A stretch of DNA of 64,000 nucleotides from Octopus vulgaris (lineage: Eukaryota): contig OX597827.1 in assembly GCA_951406725.2 (NCBI GenBank), positions 35,650,001 through 35,714,000 of the forward strand. The letters are read 5' to 3'. The notes under the pieces were generated by a model, which was given only the letters and a program-made list of their open reading frames with translations, ran no database searches and had not been told where the DNA came from. Positions 44,002 through 58,448 of the stretch are shown here, piece after piece. Position 1 is the first letter of the stretch. The number at the start of each line of letters is the position of its first letter. Made by a program: the position numbers and the translations under genes.

Positions 44002-44800
44002 AAATATTGAGATTCAGTTGAATTAGGTACTTAAGTTGAAGCACCAAGTCAGTCCAGTATTATCTGCACAGCTCGAAGTAAGGTGAATAAAATCAAAATA
44101 AGCAACAGGATATCAAGAAGTGATGCAGTAAGACTGTTTCAAGCAAAAGCATTTAATTGAACAATGAAATAATCAGCCTCACAAATAAATAAAATTTTAA
44201 TCAGTTGGACACATTATTATATAATTTTTCTCAAATACTTTAACAGAGCAAGAAGATGGAAAAAACCCATGTTGTCGCTATTGTAGCTAATGTGATTTTA
44301 TATATATATATATTATATATATAGGAAAATTTGTTGTTGAAAATGCACCTGAATTTTAATAATTTCTAATTGCTTTTATATAATTTTATTTACTTACATA
44401 CCAAACTAGTTTCAACAATAGTTTTTGTTTGTGAGCGGTAAAAATTTTAAATTGCGAAGTAGAAAAACATGTTTAAAAGATTCTATATTTACAAGATACA
44501 TTAATATCAAATAGATAAGTTTCAAAACATTGATGATCAAGTCATAAAAGCAAAGTTTGAAGGAAATGTTGATCATTTCCTTTGACTTCTAGATAGAAGC
44601 AAATAGAAAAAAAAGGGAGAGGAATTTGTGACACTGTATTGTAATACAAGGAGATGCAATGAACAGGCCTCAATCAAAATTACTACAATTGTTTCTGTAT
44701 CAGCTGTGGACCTGAAAATATTCAGACGAGTGGTTTTGAGAGCAATACTCCCGAACCCTCACACCTGAAGACTTGCAGGTACGTATATGTGTGCATATAT

Positions 44801-44865
<65 letters not shown>

Positions 44866-44869
<4 letters not shown>

Positions 44870-47844
44870 GTTGGTGCAAAACAGGGGGCAAAAATTGTTG
44901 TTTTTTTTTAATTTTCAGGGAGACACCCTCCTATTTTATTCATATTCCTAAAAGAAGCATTGTATGCGAAATTTGGGGTTGAAAGAGAAAATTAGAGGTT
45001 GCTACCAAGCTTTAAAAATAAATGTATATCAGTTTGTGCTCAAAAATATTGTTTTGTTAATATTTTCGCCTGGTTTAATAACTACCTAGTTAACCTAGTT
45101 CGAAGAAAAACGATGACATTTTAGGCTTAGTACGTAGTGAGGTACAGTGTATTGGGCGTGAATTTTTTTATGTGGAAGTTTCCTCAGGGGGTCTCATAAC
45201 CACTTATGTAATTTTATTTTTGTTTTTTGTTAAGCAAGAGTAATATTCTCTTGTTTTTGTTTACGAGTGATGATCTGTCACTTTTAACAATTTGAAGAAG
45301 GTATTGTTTCTGCTCTCCATCATTGGTTATCAGTTTGTTGTATTCCACCATCAGTCGTACACCTCTTTCCGTAATGTCGTTTACTTACTACTGAGTCCAT
45401 ATGCGATATCTCTTGCATCCGTATAACTTTCATCATCATTCCATTCTTCAGCATCTTTTTCAGGAAAAGTGCAAGGCACCTCTAGGATTTCAAAGAATCT
45501 TTTTGTGCTGGCAGTAACGAAATCCTGCAGTTGCTTCTCCCCAGCTGATTCAAGATTTAGTGATGCTCGTTTACTCGGTTTTGAGTCAACGGGTTTCTGC
45601 ACAGCATGTTTCATTTTGCTTTTTGTCTCATGCGAAACAGCTGAATCAAAGAATGCAAGCGTCACAAGCTCCTCAGAAAGGTACTACAAATGTCTCAAAA
45701 ACGTATTGAGTGCTGTTCATCAAGTTGAGCTTGAGCAAATTAAATGATTTCTTCAGCATCTGAGATTTTCTCTGCAATGTTTAGGTCATCTGTTGCTGTT
45801 TGTTAATTGTTCTTGTCAATTTCCAACCACTTTGCTTTGAATCTCTTGAACAGTTGTATGTCAGGGCCAGTAGAAGATGGCAAGGAGACAGAAACTGCAG
45901 CTTTCAACACAATTTCGAAAATATGATGTCGGCAAGCCAGCCACAGCTTATCTTTATCCAATCTTTGCTCTAGTAACATACAAACATACTCTTCGAACCT
46001 GTGTTGGAGGCAGTGGTGTCAAAACACATGCCCTTCACTTGGTCAAATATATTCCACTCCAGTACTGACTGATGGACAGCATCTGCATTGTTTTGATCAG
46101 TTCCTCTGGCAAGTTTGGGAATACCAAGGTGATCAACTCCTTGGCCGGAAATTGGAACTGGCAGTCGTTCAACATTTTCATGACCAGTAATATCTTTTAT
46201 TAGTTTGCCGTCCCGCTGTATTTCGAAAGGGCAATTTGTTTCAAAATCCTGCTTCAAATTTTCTGCCTTTGTCTTTCGGTTCCTTTGTCTTGCTCTCCGT
46301 TTCGATAAATAACTGTATTCTTCTGGGTTTTGCTCAAGAGTATTGATTGTTGGCATCAATATTGTCGAAGCAGCCCTATCACTTACTTTTGCAGCATCAA
46401 GAGATACAAGCATTGAAGAATCCACAAGCTTTGCACTCTTAGACTTTGATCTACTTTGTCTCGAAGTTGATGGCTGCTGAGGGTCAGCAACAAATTCTTC
46501 TTCTGATGTTGAACTATCTTGATTCAAACTTGAAGGACTTGAGCTTGAGATCACTGCTGTTTCGAAAACGGCTTTCCCTCTTTCTTTTCTTTTCAAGCAA
46601 TCTTTCCTTTTCTCTAACAATCTCTTCCATTCGTGAAAAAACTTTATCCCCTCCAGCCATTTTGCCCTTTTTTTCTTTTTTGTCGTTGAAGCTTCAAAAA
46701 CTCACGATTTTCATCTATTTTTGTCATGTCAAGAGCACTTGTATGCGCACTGTCAAACAGATCTTCCAAGTCATTTGCCCAGCTTTCTTGTTTTTGAAGT
46801 ATTGTAGGTGATTGCTTCTTAGTATTTCTGTTCTTCTTTAGTTTCTCCCACTCGTTGATAACCTTCTTTACTCTCTCCACGGCATGACATTTCAACATTG
46901 TTTGGATGCGTGCCTATTCCCACACCTTCATAACATCTCTCACAGCCAACAAAGCCGCTGTTTTCACCTGTTGCTTTTTGTTGTTCTTGTAGTTCATAAA
47001 CAATGCTAATGTTTCCCTCTTAGATGGAACCTGGGTTTCTCTGAAGGACTCTATAGGATGTCCTACGAGCTAAACATCTGTTTTGTGACGCGTATGCAAC
47101 TCCATGAATGCAACTCGGCATCAGCTATAGTTCTATACAACCATTCTCAGCCGCAATTACACTGACGCGGCCTCCACAGTGGCGTCACAGCAAAGAAATG
47201 ATTCTAGAATGTTCGGCCACGGCGTCTATAGCAATAAAAGGGATGAGAAGGTTTACGGAAAGGAGTTCAGAGTCTGTTATGACTGCTGTATGTTGCTGAC
47301 CACCATTTTTGCTGAAATCTACAATCAGTCCCACTGCGTGGCACCTTGGGTAAGTGTATTCTACTATAGTCTCGGGCCGACCAAAGCCTTGTGAGTGGAT
47401 TTGGTAGACGGAAACTGAAAGAAGCTCGTCGTATATATGTATAAATATATATGCGTATGTGTGTTTGTCCCCCTAGCATTGCTTGACAACCGATGCTGGT
47501 GTGTTTAGGTCCCCATTACTTAGCGGTTCGGCAAAAGAGACCGATAGGATAAGTACTGGGCTTACAAAAGAATAAGTCCCGGGGTCGAGTTGCTGGACTA
47601 AAGGCGGTGTTCCAGCATGGCCGCAGTCAAATGACTGAAACAAGTAAAAGAGTAAAAGAGTATAAAAGTACAATAAATACAAACTGAAAAATATCAATAT
47701 AGAAGTGCTCAGTGGATGGTAGCGACCTCTAAAATATCTTCAATTGTGCTCAAATTTTGCATGTTGAGATTTTGCACATAATTAAATAAAATTAGAGAGT
47801 ATCTTCAAGTTTTTGAAATGATAAGTTATTTTGCACCACCCTAA
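44866..47844 (-). mobile_element. hATm-type transposon with decayed transposase (copy B)
   Basis: TIRs ttaggttggtgcaaaa / ttttgcaccaccctaa. Motifs [56 protein letters not shown]. Confidence 0.88.
47326..47661 (+). mobile_element. 5'-truncated SINE family 1 inserted in hATm copy B only
   Basis: Complete body and 3' module with (taaaagag)n tail; absent from the equivalent site near 40410. Confidence 0.92.
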
Positions 47845-48040
47845 TATATATATTGCTCGGTCGTTCGTTATGTTGCTTCACTGGTTTTCCATTTGTCGCA
47901 AAAAGAAGTTCATATTTCATGTATTTGTATTTCGTATCTCATGTTTTCGTTTTTTATGTTGTTTGCGTTCCGTGGCGTCCTGTGCCCATATATGCATATG
48001 TGTATACGTATATATGTATGTACATATCCCTATGTATATA

Positions 48041-48081
<41 letters not shown>

Positions 48082-48393
48082 CCATGCATACATTCAGGTA
48101 GTGGTATAAACCTCATTAAGGGATAATAAATCCAATGAAAATACTGGTTAGTTACCAATCCAGAGAAAGTTCAGCTATAAGGTAACCGTATAAACTGTGG
48201 TTCATATATTTACAAATTTAAAGAATAAGAAGAAAATTGAGAGGTAATTAATAAAATATTATTTATTATAAAATATGACAATATCTCTGGCAGCTGTTTC
48301 AATTCAGTAATCTTTAGATAATTAATTTATAAATTGAAAATTATTATAGGATGAATCTCTTCTGAGGTAGTAAAGACATAGCGATTAGAAATA

Positions 48394-49665
48394 CAGGGAT
48401 TGGAAAAAGTAAAGGAAACACCTTAAAATTTCAAACAAATTCATTCTTATATGGGGTAGGACCACCTTTGGTAGTAATAACAGTTTGAATACTACGAGGT
48501 ATGGACTCGTACAAAGTTTGAATTGTTTCCAAAGGAATTTTTGTCCATTCTTCAGCTAAAACAGTATTTAGGTCTTGTAGTGATGATGGGGACGTTATCG
48601 ACTCCTTACTTACTTTTTCTAAAATGCACCATAAATGTTCAATAATACTGAGATCTGGGGACTGTGGTGGCCAAATAAGATGTTCAACTTCACTAGAATG
48701 TTCCTCATGCTATTCAGTAACAACTTTAGCTGTGTGAATTGGTGCATTATCATCCTGAAAGATTGCGTTTCCCTCCGGAAACAGTTCTGCAAACATAGGA
48801 TGAATTTGATCAGATAAAATGCTTAAATAGTCTTGACTATTAATTCTGCCAAGAAGGGAAACCATTGGGTCGGCAGATTTCCAAGATATAGCCCTCCAGA
48901 TCATCATAGATTTTCCTCCATATTTAAGAGTTGGAAGAAAGCAATCTGGGTCGAATGCTTATTTTGGCTGTCTCCACTCGTACACACGGCCGGTGGTCGG
49001 AAATAAGGTAAAGGATGACCCGTCCGTCCATGAAAATAACATTCTTCCACTGCTCTAGGGACCAATTCTGTAGGTTTTTACTTCACTCTAAACGCATTGC
49101 AACGTTTGTTTTTGAAAGTAATGGTTTTCTGATTGCAGCTCTTACGTGAAATCCGGCTTTGTGCAGCTCCCGGTGAACAGCTTTTGTGGAAACTGGATTC
49201 TCAAGATGGTCATTAAGCTCTGCAGTAATTTTAGGAACTATACTTTTGTGATCCTTTCTAATAATTCGCGTAAGAGTCCGACGGTCCCTATCTGAAAGTT
49301 TTGATTTTTTTCCGGAGTTCTGTTTCGATGAGGTTTTTCCCTCTTTCTCAAAGGCTGTCATTACTTTCGAGACAGTACTTCTTGATACACCAAACATTTC
49401 GGCTGTTTTCGTGACGTTAGCGCCTGCCATACGAGCCCAACAATTTGACCCCTTTGAAAGTCCGATAGATCTGTCATTTTAATGAATTTTAATTACCTTT
49501 CTCTGATGATATCTGAAAAGAAACAGCAATTTTAGCAAAACATATTAAGTAACACTAATAATAAAAAAAGAACATAAAATAAAATAAGCTTTTGATAGTT
49601 TTATAGATATTTCACAATTATGATGCTATGATGCTAGGTGTTTCCATTATTTTGTCTAACCCCTG
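48394..49665 (-). mobile_element. Tc1-like transposon (copy B)
   Basis: Same termini and motifs as copy A (ORFs 49083-49430 and 48710-48907). Confidence 0.92.
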
Positions 49666-50822
49666 TACATGTTGAGATAACGGCTATAAACCGTTAACTG
49701 ATAGCATATATACAAAAAGAGCCGGTTGTAGAAGGACTCAATCCAAAATATGGGAAGAAGCTAGTGCATATTTTGTGTCTTAAAGAAAGAAAAGAATAGA
49801 TTAATATAATACTATAGGGTATTGAGAAGGAGAAAAAGGAAAAGAAAAGGAAGAAATACGCATGTTTATATGAATATATAATAATGCCATATAATATCAT
49901 ACTGATCTATAATACTGCAATACAAAGAATTTTAAGTTATAGGATTTAAGTTGAGTAGAAGCAAACCGTGTCAATTATATATTAACTGAAGTTACAAGAA
50001 ATGAATAAATAATTTCTAAATATAATAATAATAATAACTGAATGTTTATGTTTATAATAATAATGAAGTAAAATTTAATCTAAATAAATAAATAAGTAGC
50101 AAATCTAGAATAAGATAGAAAGGGAAAATATCAAAATACATAATATATCCTTATATCCCTTAAGAAAATTTAGTTCAAGCCTTTAAAGTAAAAAGCGACA
50201 ATGATAAACTATTGGATAGGAAAAAAATTTAAAATTTCAGACATACAGCGTTCCGTTAGAGAAACGGGAAGAAAATATGCTAAGAAACATGCTTAAGGGG
50301 ACAAAAGAATTATTAGGAAAATAAACATTATGTAAGAGGAAATTCCTATATATAAATAAATTGAAAATAAAATAAAATAAATGACAAAGAATTATGTTGG
50401 TAAAAATCCACCGCGAAAGAGAAGCAGTTGAGGGAGAGAACAAGTTCGGCCACACGAAGAGTGAAGGAGTCAGGTTGGGGATTGGGCTGAAGGCCCAGAA
50501 AGTGTTTAAGAGCAAGAAGTCCTTCGTTGTGTGGGATCACCGTATATAGACTCAAGATATCAAGAGTGAAGAGAAGTTTAGAGGGGTCAGTCGGGAAGGA
50601 GAAACAATAAAAGAGACAGAGAGCATGGTTAGTGTCGTGGATAAGGAAGGGGAGGGGAGGGAAGACATTAGGGGCGCAAGGACACGGTCGAGGTATTTAG
50701 AGATCATGGTATTTAGAGGTATTTAGAGATCATGGTATTTAGAGGTATTTAGAGATCATGGAAAAAAAATGTACAATTACATATGTAATTTGTTTCCATG
50801 TATTCTGTATTGCGTGTAAAAA

Positions 50823-50907
50823 AACATCCTGATGAGGGGAGTGTCAGCTTCGAATATATGAAATGTTTCATATTAATTGGCGCGTTTCCGAAACGCCCCG
50901 TACATGA
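50823..50907 (+). ncRNA. Hammerhead motif with long stem II (copy B)
   Basis: CTGATGA at 50829, inner hairpin atatgaaa-tg-tttcatat, GAA ACG-ccc-CGT A; stem I imperfect. Confidence 0.65.
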
Positions 50908-51559
50908 ACAATTTTGTAATCTTGTATATTTATTTTTTCTGTATTTTTCCTGGAATTTTAATACATTTTAATATGTCCTTGTATGTATTATTATCCCAAA
51001 TGTTTAATTGTTTTAAGCGTAAATTCAATGTGTTTTGTATGCAACACTGATTCTTATATATTCATATATATAATATGATGTATATTCATTCATATGTTAT
51101 TATATTTTTAAACATCTGTTCTGTAGATATAAATGAATATATGTATGTGTTTGATCTTTCTGTGTGGATTTTAGTAATGTTCCTTTAGTTACTGCTCACA
51201 TTGCCTCCGCTCAGATTAATAAGTGGTATATATATACATACATATATATATATATATGTGTATAAGAAATATTGAGATTCAGTTGAATTAGGTACTTAAG
51301 TTGAAGCACCAAGTCAGTCCAGTATTATCTGCACAGCTCGAAGTAAGGTGAATAAAATCAAAATAAGCAACAGGATATCAAGAAATGATGCAGTACGACT
51401 GTTTCAAGCGAATGCATTTAAATGAACAATGAAATAATCAGCTGCACAAATAAATAAAATTTTAATCAGTTGGACACACTATTATATAATTTTTCTCAAA
51501 TAGTTTAACAGAGCAAGAAGATGGAAGAAACCCATGTTGTCACTATTGTAGCTAATGTG

Positions 51560-51621
<62 letters not shown>

Positions 51622-52101
51622 CATATTATATATATATAGGAAAATTTGTTGTTGAAAATGCACCTGAATTTTAATAATTTCTAATTGCTTTTAAATAAAC
51701 TTATTTACTTACATACCGAACTAGTTTCAACAATAGTTTTTGTTTGTGAGTGGTAAAAATTCTAAATTGCCAAGTAAAAAACATGTTTAAAAGATTCTAT
51801 ATTTACAAGATTCAATAATATCAAATAGATAAGTTTCAAAACATTGATGACCAAGTCACAAAAGCAAAGTTTGAAGGAAATTTTAATCATTTCCTTTGAC
51901 TTCTAGATAGAAGCAAATAGAAAAAAAAGGGAGTGGAATTTGTGACACTGTATTGTAATACAAGGAGATGCAATGAACAGGCCTCAATCAAAATTACTAC
52001 AATTGTTTCTGTATCAGGTGTGGACCTGAAAATATTCAGGCGAGTGGTTTTGAGAACAATACTCCCAAACCCTCACACCTGAAGTCTTGCAGGTACATAT
52101 A

Positions 52102-52187
<86 letters not shown>

Positions 52188-52847
52188 TTTGTGCAAAAAC
52201 GGGGGCAAAAATTGTTGTTTTTTTTCAATTTTCAGGGAAACACCCTCCTATTTTATTCATATTCCTAAAAAAGCATCCTATGCGAAATTTGGGGTTGAAA
52301 GAGAGAAAATTAGACGTTGCTACCAAGCTTTAAAAATAAATGTATATCAGTTTGTGCTCAAAAATATTGTTTTGTTAATATTTTCGCCTGGTTTTATATG
52401 TACCTAGTTAACCTAGTTTGAAGAAAAACGATGACCTTCTAGGCTTAGTACGTAGTTAGGTACAGCGTATTGGGCGTAACTTTTTTATGTGGAAGTTTCC
52501 CCAGTGGGCTATCATAACCACTTATGTAAGTTTATTTTCATTTTTTGTGAAGCAAGAGTAATGTTCTCTTGTTTTTGTTTGCGAGTGATGACCTGTAACT
52601 TTTAACAATTTGAAGAAGGTATTGTTTCTGCTCTCCATCATTGGTTATCAGTTTGTTGTATTCCACCATCAGTCGTATACCTTTTTCCGTAATGTCGTTT
52701 ACTTACTACTGCGATATCTCAATGTAGGACGGGATGGACGCTTCATTTTTGTGCTGGTACCGCATTATGTCGTACGCGACTGAGAGGATTTGCATCCCCA
52801 ACGTAGAATTTTTGATGTAATACATGTCCTTGAGGTAGTAATTGTGC

Positions 52848-52925
52848 GCGGCTGAAGAAGACCATAGACACACATTATGCATTGTTATAAATCCGTCTAA
52901 TAAAGGCCCGAAACATATGTACCGC
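52848..52925 (+). ncRNA. Type-I hammerhead ribozyme, canonical core
   Basis: gcgg CTGAAGA ag..tagac...gtcta..c GAA ACATATGT A ccgc: GC stem I, palindromic stem III, GUA site. Confidence 0.85.
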
Positions 52926-53027
52926 TGAATCCTTGGCATCATGTTTTTATTTTGATTAATTTACTCCACCACCTACACCGCCAAACGGTATATACAGGTG
53001 CTTACAATTATCAAGTACTCACCCTGA

Positions 53028-53064
<37 letters not shown>

Positions 53065-53065
<1 letters not shown>

Positions 53066-53909
53066 TGGCAGAATTGCCCGGCGTTGCTCGGGGCTGAATT
53101 GCTTGAAAGTACTGTTAATGATTGCACTGAATTATGATGATTATTCAGGCAAATATTGATATAAGTTTACAGTGGTAGATAAGGACTTAACGATCAAACG
53201 TGTGCCATTGCATTGTTTTGAGGGAACCAAATTTCTGATGAGCATTATAGGGGCACCAACTTTAAGTTTGAGAAAGTGTGGTGGTAGTCCGGGGTGCTCA
53301 AAGGAATTGAGTACCTCTATTGGATAGTTGATGACGTCCTCTGGGTCATGAGTTGTATCGATAGACTGATATACATAGACTTCCCCAGGAATGAGTTTTA
53401 GCATTTCATCATTAATATGGTGAATAGTTTTATTCCTCGGGGCCAGTATAGCCTTTTTGCCAATCCAATCCATATTCTGATAATTAGCTTGTAGATCTGG
53501 GAACACTGCATCTCTGAGATCAGAAGGCGTCTTAACAATGGTACAAATGGAATCGATGGCAATATTACCATTTTCATCCCCTGGTATTTTGCCTTCGACA
53601 AGTGCAAGGAGGGTGTGAGGAAATGCTGCTGATGTGATATTACGTCGCATATGAGCACGCATATTGGTGTGAAGTTTGAGAGTTACTTCCCTTTATTTAA
53701 AGAAATATGCATTAAAATGGAAAAAAATTATGGTAAATTATTTGTAAAATTGTAGACTCATCGTAGACGCGCGCTAATACCCAGAAGGGCTCGATATGAA
53801 TCACGACTATAAGATACCCGGTTTTGGTTAAACTGCATCGCAAAATGTGGGAGTAGTTAGGAATCTAAATCGGAGTAGACAGACACACAACCTTTCTTTT
53901 ATATATAAA
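53065..53909 (-). mobile_element. Internally deleted Helitron with Pif1-like helicase fragment
   Basis: ORF 53141-53662: AILAPRN, GLPPHFLKLKVGAPIMLIRNL..CNGTRL. 3' hairpin cccgagcaacgccggg followed by CCAG|T. 5' end tatatataaaagaaaggttgtgtgtctgtct. Confidence 0.9.
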
Positions 53910-53911
53910 TA

Positions 53912-54432
53912 TTTTCGTCCTAAAAAACTTTGTATGGATTGAATGGTTACCTCTATGGAAATATATACACGCACATTATACATACATGTGTGTATAGATG
54001 AATATATAAATACATTTAAATATCTATATACACTTTTGGGCGATCTTTCTGTTTCTTAGAGATAACTTTAGATCTAATTTTCGTCCTAAAAAACTTTGTA
54101 TGGAGTGAATGGTTACCTCTATGGAAATATATACACACACGTTATACATACGTGTGCATAGATGAATATATAAATACATTTATATATCTATATACACTTT
54201 TGGGCGATCTTTGTGCTACTTAGAGATAACTTTAGATCTTATTTTCGTCCTAAAAAACTTTGTGCGGAGTGAATGGTTACGTCTATGGAAATATATACAC
54301 ACACATTATACATACATCTGTGTATAGATGAATATATAAATACATTTAAATATCTATATACACTTTTGGGCGATCTTTCTGCTACTTGGATATACTTTAG
54401 ATCTTATATTCGTCCTAAAAAACTTTGTATGA
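53912..54432. repeat. ~165-bp tandem repeat, about 3.1 units
   Basis: tcgtcctaaaaaactttgt recurs at 53915, 54081, 54245 and 54410. Confidence 0.95.
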
Positions 54433-54696
54433 ATTGAAAAAGAAAATGAATTGAAATTTTTAAGAAAGGAATTTGTTTACATACATGTGTGAAATGGCAA
54501 ATGTTTGTGCAGTTGTCCGAAATGGAACCAGGGTAAATGTGTGGAACTGATGTATTATAATGAATAGTCCTTCTTGTTGTGAATATTAATTTGATTAATA
54601 TGAACTGAAAACCACTGGTGTAGCATATAAGACTATAGGTGATCTAGCAAAAAGGATGACCAGTCTGACTGGCTCATCCCTGTCACACACTCACAC

Positions 54697-54737
<41 letters not shown>

Positions 54738-55179
54738 CACACACGCACACACACACACACTCACACACACGCACACACACACACACACACACGTTAGCTT
54801 ACAATTTTATTTATATATTTGCGTGTCTATGTGTGTAAAGGGGAAGTGGGAGTAATATGCAGAGTGAAAGAGTGAAATGGTAAAATATTTAGTTTTCTCG
54901 AATTTTTTCTGAAATGGGGGTGAAATTGAAAGAAATTTTGTATGCCATGACCGAATGGAAGTACTTTGAAAAATCATAGGTAAACTCTAATTGAAGAAAT
55001 TGTGTGAGGAGTAAATCGTTATGTATTTATTTGTTTCTGTTTGCTGTGTTGTTTTTTTTTAGTAGTGGTTTAAGGTACACTTCTCTCGTTTTATATAAAT
55101 ACTTTCACTTTAATCGTTGTACACTTGCAAAGAGAAAGGAGGAGAAATTAGGGTGATAGCATGAGTGAAGCATTTCGCT

Positions 55180-55254
<75 letters not shown>

Positions 55255-55471
55255 AGCCCACACTAAGAAAAGCACTTCACTTACACACCACAATGTGAGT
55301 TTTCTCGAAATTTTGCTTAATTGGGGGTGAAATTTGAAAAACTGTACCTGGCACGACCCGATGTATTCTACTCTTAAAAATGCTAGGTAAATTGTAATTG
55401 AAGAAATCCTATATTGTAGATTTCTATAAGAGACAAAGGGAGCAGATAAAATCTGCCTTTTATAATAAGAG
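54433..55471 (-). mobile_element. Probable second non-autonomous Helitron 5' portion
   Basis: Minus strand starts A|TCTCTTATTATAAAAGGCAG. Internal diverged direct repeat, about 54890-55000 versus 55298-55408. Confidence 0.5.
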
Positions 55472-55700
55472 ATGTATATGTATATATATATATATATATG
55501 TATATGTATATGTATATGTATATATGTATATATATATGTATATGTATATATGTATATATATATGTATATGTATATAAGTATATATATATATGTATATGTA
55601 TATGTATATATATGTATATATATATATATGTATATGTATATGTATATATATGTATATGTATATATGTATACGTATATATGTATATATATACATATGTATA

Positions 55701-55751
<51 letters not shown>

Positions 55752-56095
55752 TATATATATGTAATCACATTAGCTACATGTATATGTATATATATATATA
55801 TATATATAATATTTATTATATATATGTAATCACATTAGCTATATGTATATGTATATATGTATATGTATATATGTATATGTATATATATATATGTATATAT
55901 ATATATGTATATGTATATGTATATATGTATATATATATGTATATGTATATATGTATATATATATGTATATGTATATAAGTATATATATATATGTATATGT
56001 ATATGTATATATATGTATATATATGTATATGTATATGTATATATATGTATATGTATATATGTATACGTATATATGTATATATATACATATGTATA

Positions 56096-56144
<49 letters not shown>

Positions 56145-56274
56145 TATTATATATATGTAATCACATTAGCTACAATAGCGTCAACATGGGTCTCTTCCAT
56201 CTTCTTGCTCTGTTAAAGTATTTGAGAAAAATTATGATAATAACGTGTTCAACTGATTAACATTTTATTTATTT

Positions 56275-56334
56275 GTGCAGCTGATTATTTCATTGTTCAT
56301 TTAAATGCATTCGCTTGAAACAGTCGTACTGCAT
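56275..56334 (+). ncRNA. Hammerhead-like motif with G8U; inverted copies at ~44123-44182 and ~51388-51447
   Basis: gtgcag CTGATTA ... GAAA c-agtc-g TA ctgcat; good stem I, poor stem II. Confidence 0.4.
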
Positions 56335-56419
56335 CACTTCTTGATATCCTGTGGCATATTTTGATTTTATTCACCTTAATTCGAGCTGTGCAGGTTATAC
56401 TGCACTGACTTGGTGCTTA

Positions 56420-56965
56420 TCACAGAGCCCGATAGATGGTCAACCTAATTTACTGCATCAAAATTTGGATGTTTAAATCTAAGTTTAAACAGAGAGAGGG
56501 GGAAAAGGAATGAGAGATGTTTGCTGCTTTTCAGCTGCGATATACATCAGATCGTGGCACCTGGCATCCATACTCTCATGCGCACCCCACCCCGTTCAGA
56601 TTTGCATTTTGTGCAAAGTCTGCAGTTCTACAAGCAAAAGGATGACAAAATTCCAAGTGCTGCACTCAATAAGTTTTTGAGACATTTGTGGTACCTTACT
56701 GAGGAGCTTGTGGCGCTTGCATTTTTTGATTCAGCTGTTTCGCATGAGACAAAAAGCAAAATGAAGCATGCTCTGCAGAAACCCTTTGACTCAAAACCGA
56801 GTAAACGAGCATCAATAAATCTTGAATCAGCTGGGGAGAAGCAACTGCATTGTTTCGTTACTGCCAACACAAAAAGATTCTTTGAAATCCTAGAGGTGCC
56901 TTGCACTTTTCCTGAAAAAGATGCTGAAGAATGGAATGATGAAAGTTATGCGAATGCAAGAGATA
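56420..56965 (+). mobile_element. hATm transposase fragment, opposite orientation to copy B
   Basis: [32 protein letters not shown]...[16 protein letters not shown]; near-identical to 45381-45720 on the minus strand. Confidence 0.88.
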
Positions 56966-56978
56966 TGTATATATATGT

Positions 56979-57181
<203 letters not shown>

Positions 57182-57329
57182 TATGTATATATATATATAT
57201 GTATATACATATATATATATGTATATATATATATGTATATACATATATATATGTATATATATATATGTATATACATATATATATGTATATATATATGTAT
57301 ATACATATATATATGTATATATATATATG

Positions 57330-57395
<66 letters not shown>

Positions 57396-57537
57396 CATAT
57401 ATATATATCTATATATATATATGTATATACATATATATATTTGTATATACATATATATATGTATATGTATATATATATATGTATATACACATATATATAT
57501 ATGTGTGTATACATATATATATGTATATGTATGTATA

Positions 57538-57583
<46 letters not shown>

Positions 57584-57773
57584 CATATATATATGTATGT
57601 ATATATATATGTATATATATATATATATGTATATACATATATATATGTATATACATATATATATGTATATATATATGTATATATATATATATATGTATAT
57701 ACGTGTATATATATATGTATATATGTATATATATATAAATTAATCAAAATAAAAACATGATGCCAAGGATTCA

Positions 57774-57851
57774 GCGGTACATATGTTTCGGGCCTTTATT
57801 AGACGGATTTATAACAATGCATAATGTGTGTCTATGGTCTTCTTCAGCCGC
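57774..57851 (-). ncRNA. Inverted copy of the 52848 hammerhead
   Basis: 57737-57917 is the reverse complement of about 52782-52963, with one visible mismatch outside the motif. Confidence 0.85.
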
Positions 57852-58001
57852 GCACAATTACTACCTCAAGGACATGTATTACATTAAAAATTCTACGTTG
57901 GGGATGCAAATCCTCTCATATATATACATATATGTATACATATATATATATATACATATATATATATACATATTACATATATATATACATATATATATAC
58001 A

Positions 58002-58042
<41 letters not shown>

Positions 58043-58196
58043 ATATACATACATATATATATATATATATACATACATATATATACATATATATACATAT
58101 ATATACATACATATATATATATATATGTATATATACATACATATATATACATATATATATATATATATGTATGTATATATATGCATGTATACATAC

Positions 58197-58231
<35 letters not shown>

Positions 58232-58405
58232 ATAAATATTAGGGAATAAATCCAAATTTACAGGGAAAAATCAGATTTAGGATTAAATCCAATTTTATAG
58301 TAAAATATTATATAATATTAATTCGAGACAAAACCACTATTTTGCAAAACAAACAAGGAAAGACATAATCAATACATAAAAATTTTAATATAAAGAAATA
58401 AACCA

Positions 58406-58448
58406 CCACTACAATCGTTTTATGTCTTCAATGACATTCGTCAGGTGG
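58406..58448 (-). ncRNA. Minimal hammerhead with G12A
   Basis: Minus strand: ccac CTGACGA atgtc-attgaa-gacat AAAA cgattg TA gtgg; all stems formed, GAAA changed to AAAA. Confidence 0.7.

Larger units (their letters stand above)
38860..52720. repeat. Tandem segmental duplication: copy A ~38860-44509, copy B ~44510-51823, partial copy C ~51824-52720
   Basis: Each unit starts aatagataagtttcaaaacattgatg. Copies A and B are colinear across the hATm, Tc1, PLE and hammerhead segments with high identity. Confidence 0.95.

Noticed and set aside
47615-47645. SINE tail hairpin followed by GAAAC as a possible hammerhead
   Set aside because: No upstream CUGANGA or stem I; better explained as a LINE-recognition stem-loop.
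53912-54432. CRISPR-like periodic repeat
   Set aside because: Whole units repeat with no unique spacers, there are no cas genes, and the context is eukaryotic.
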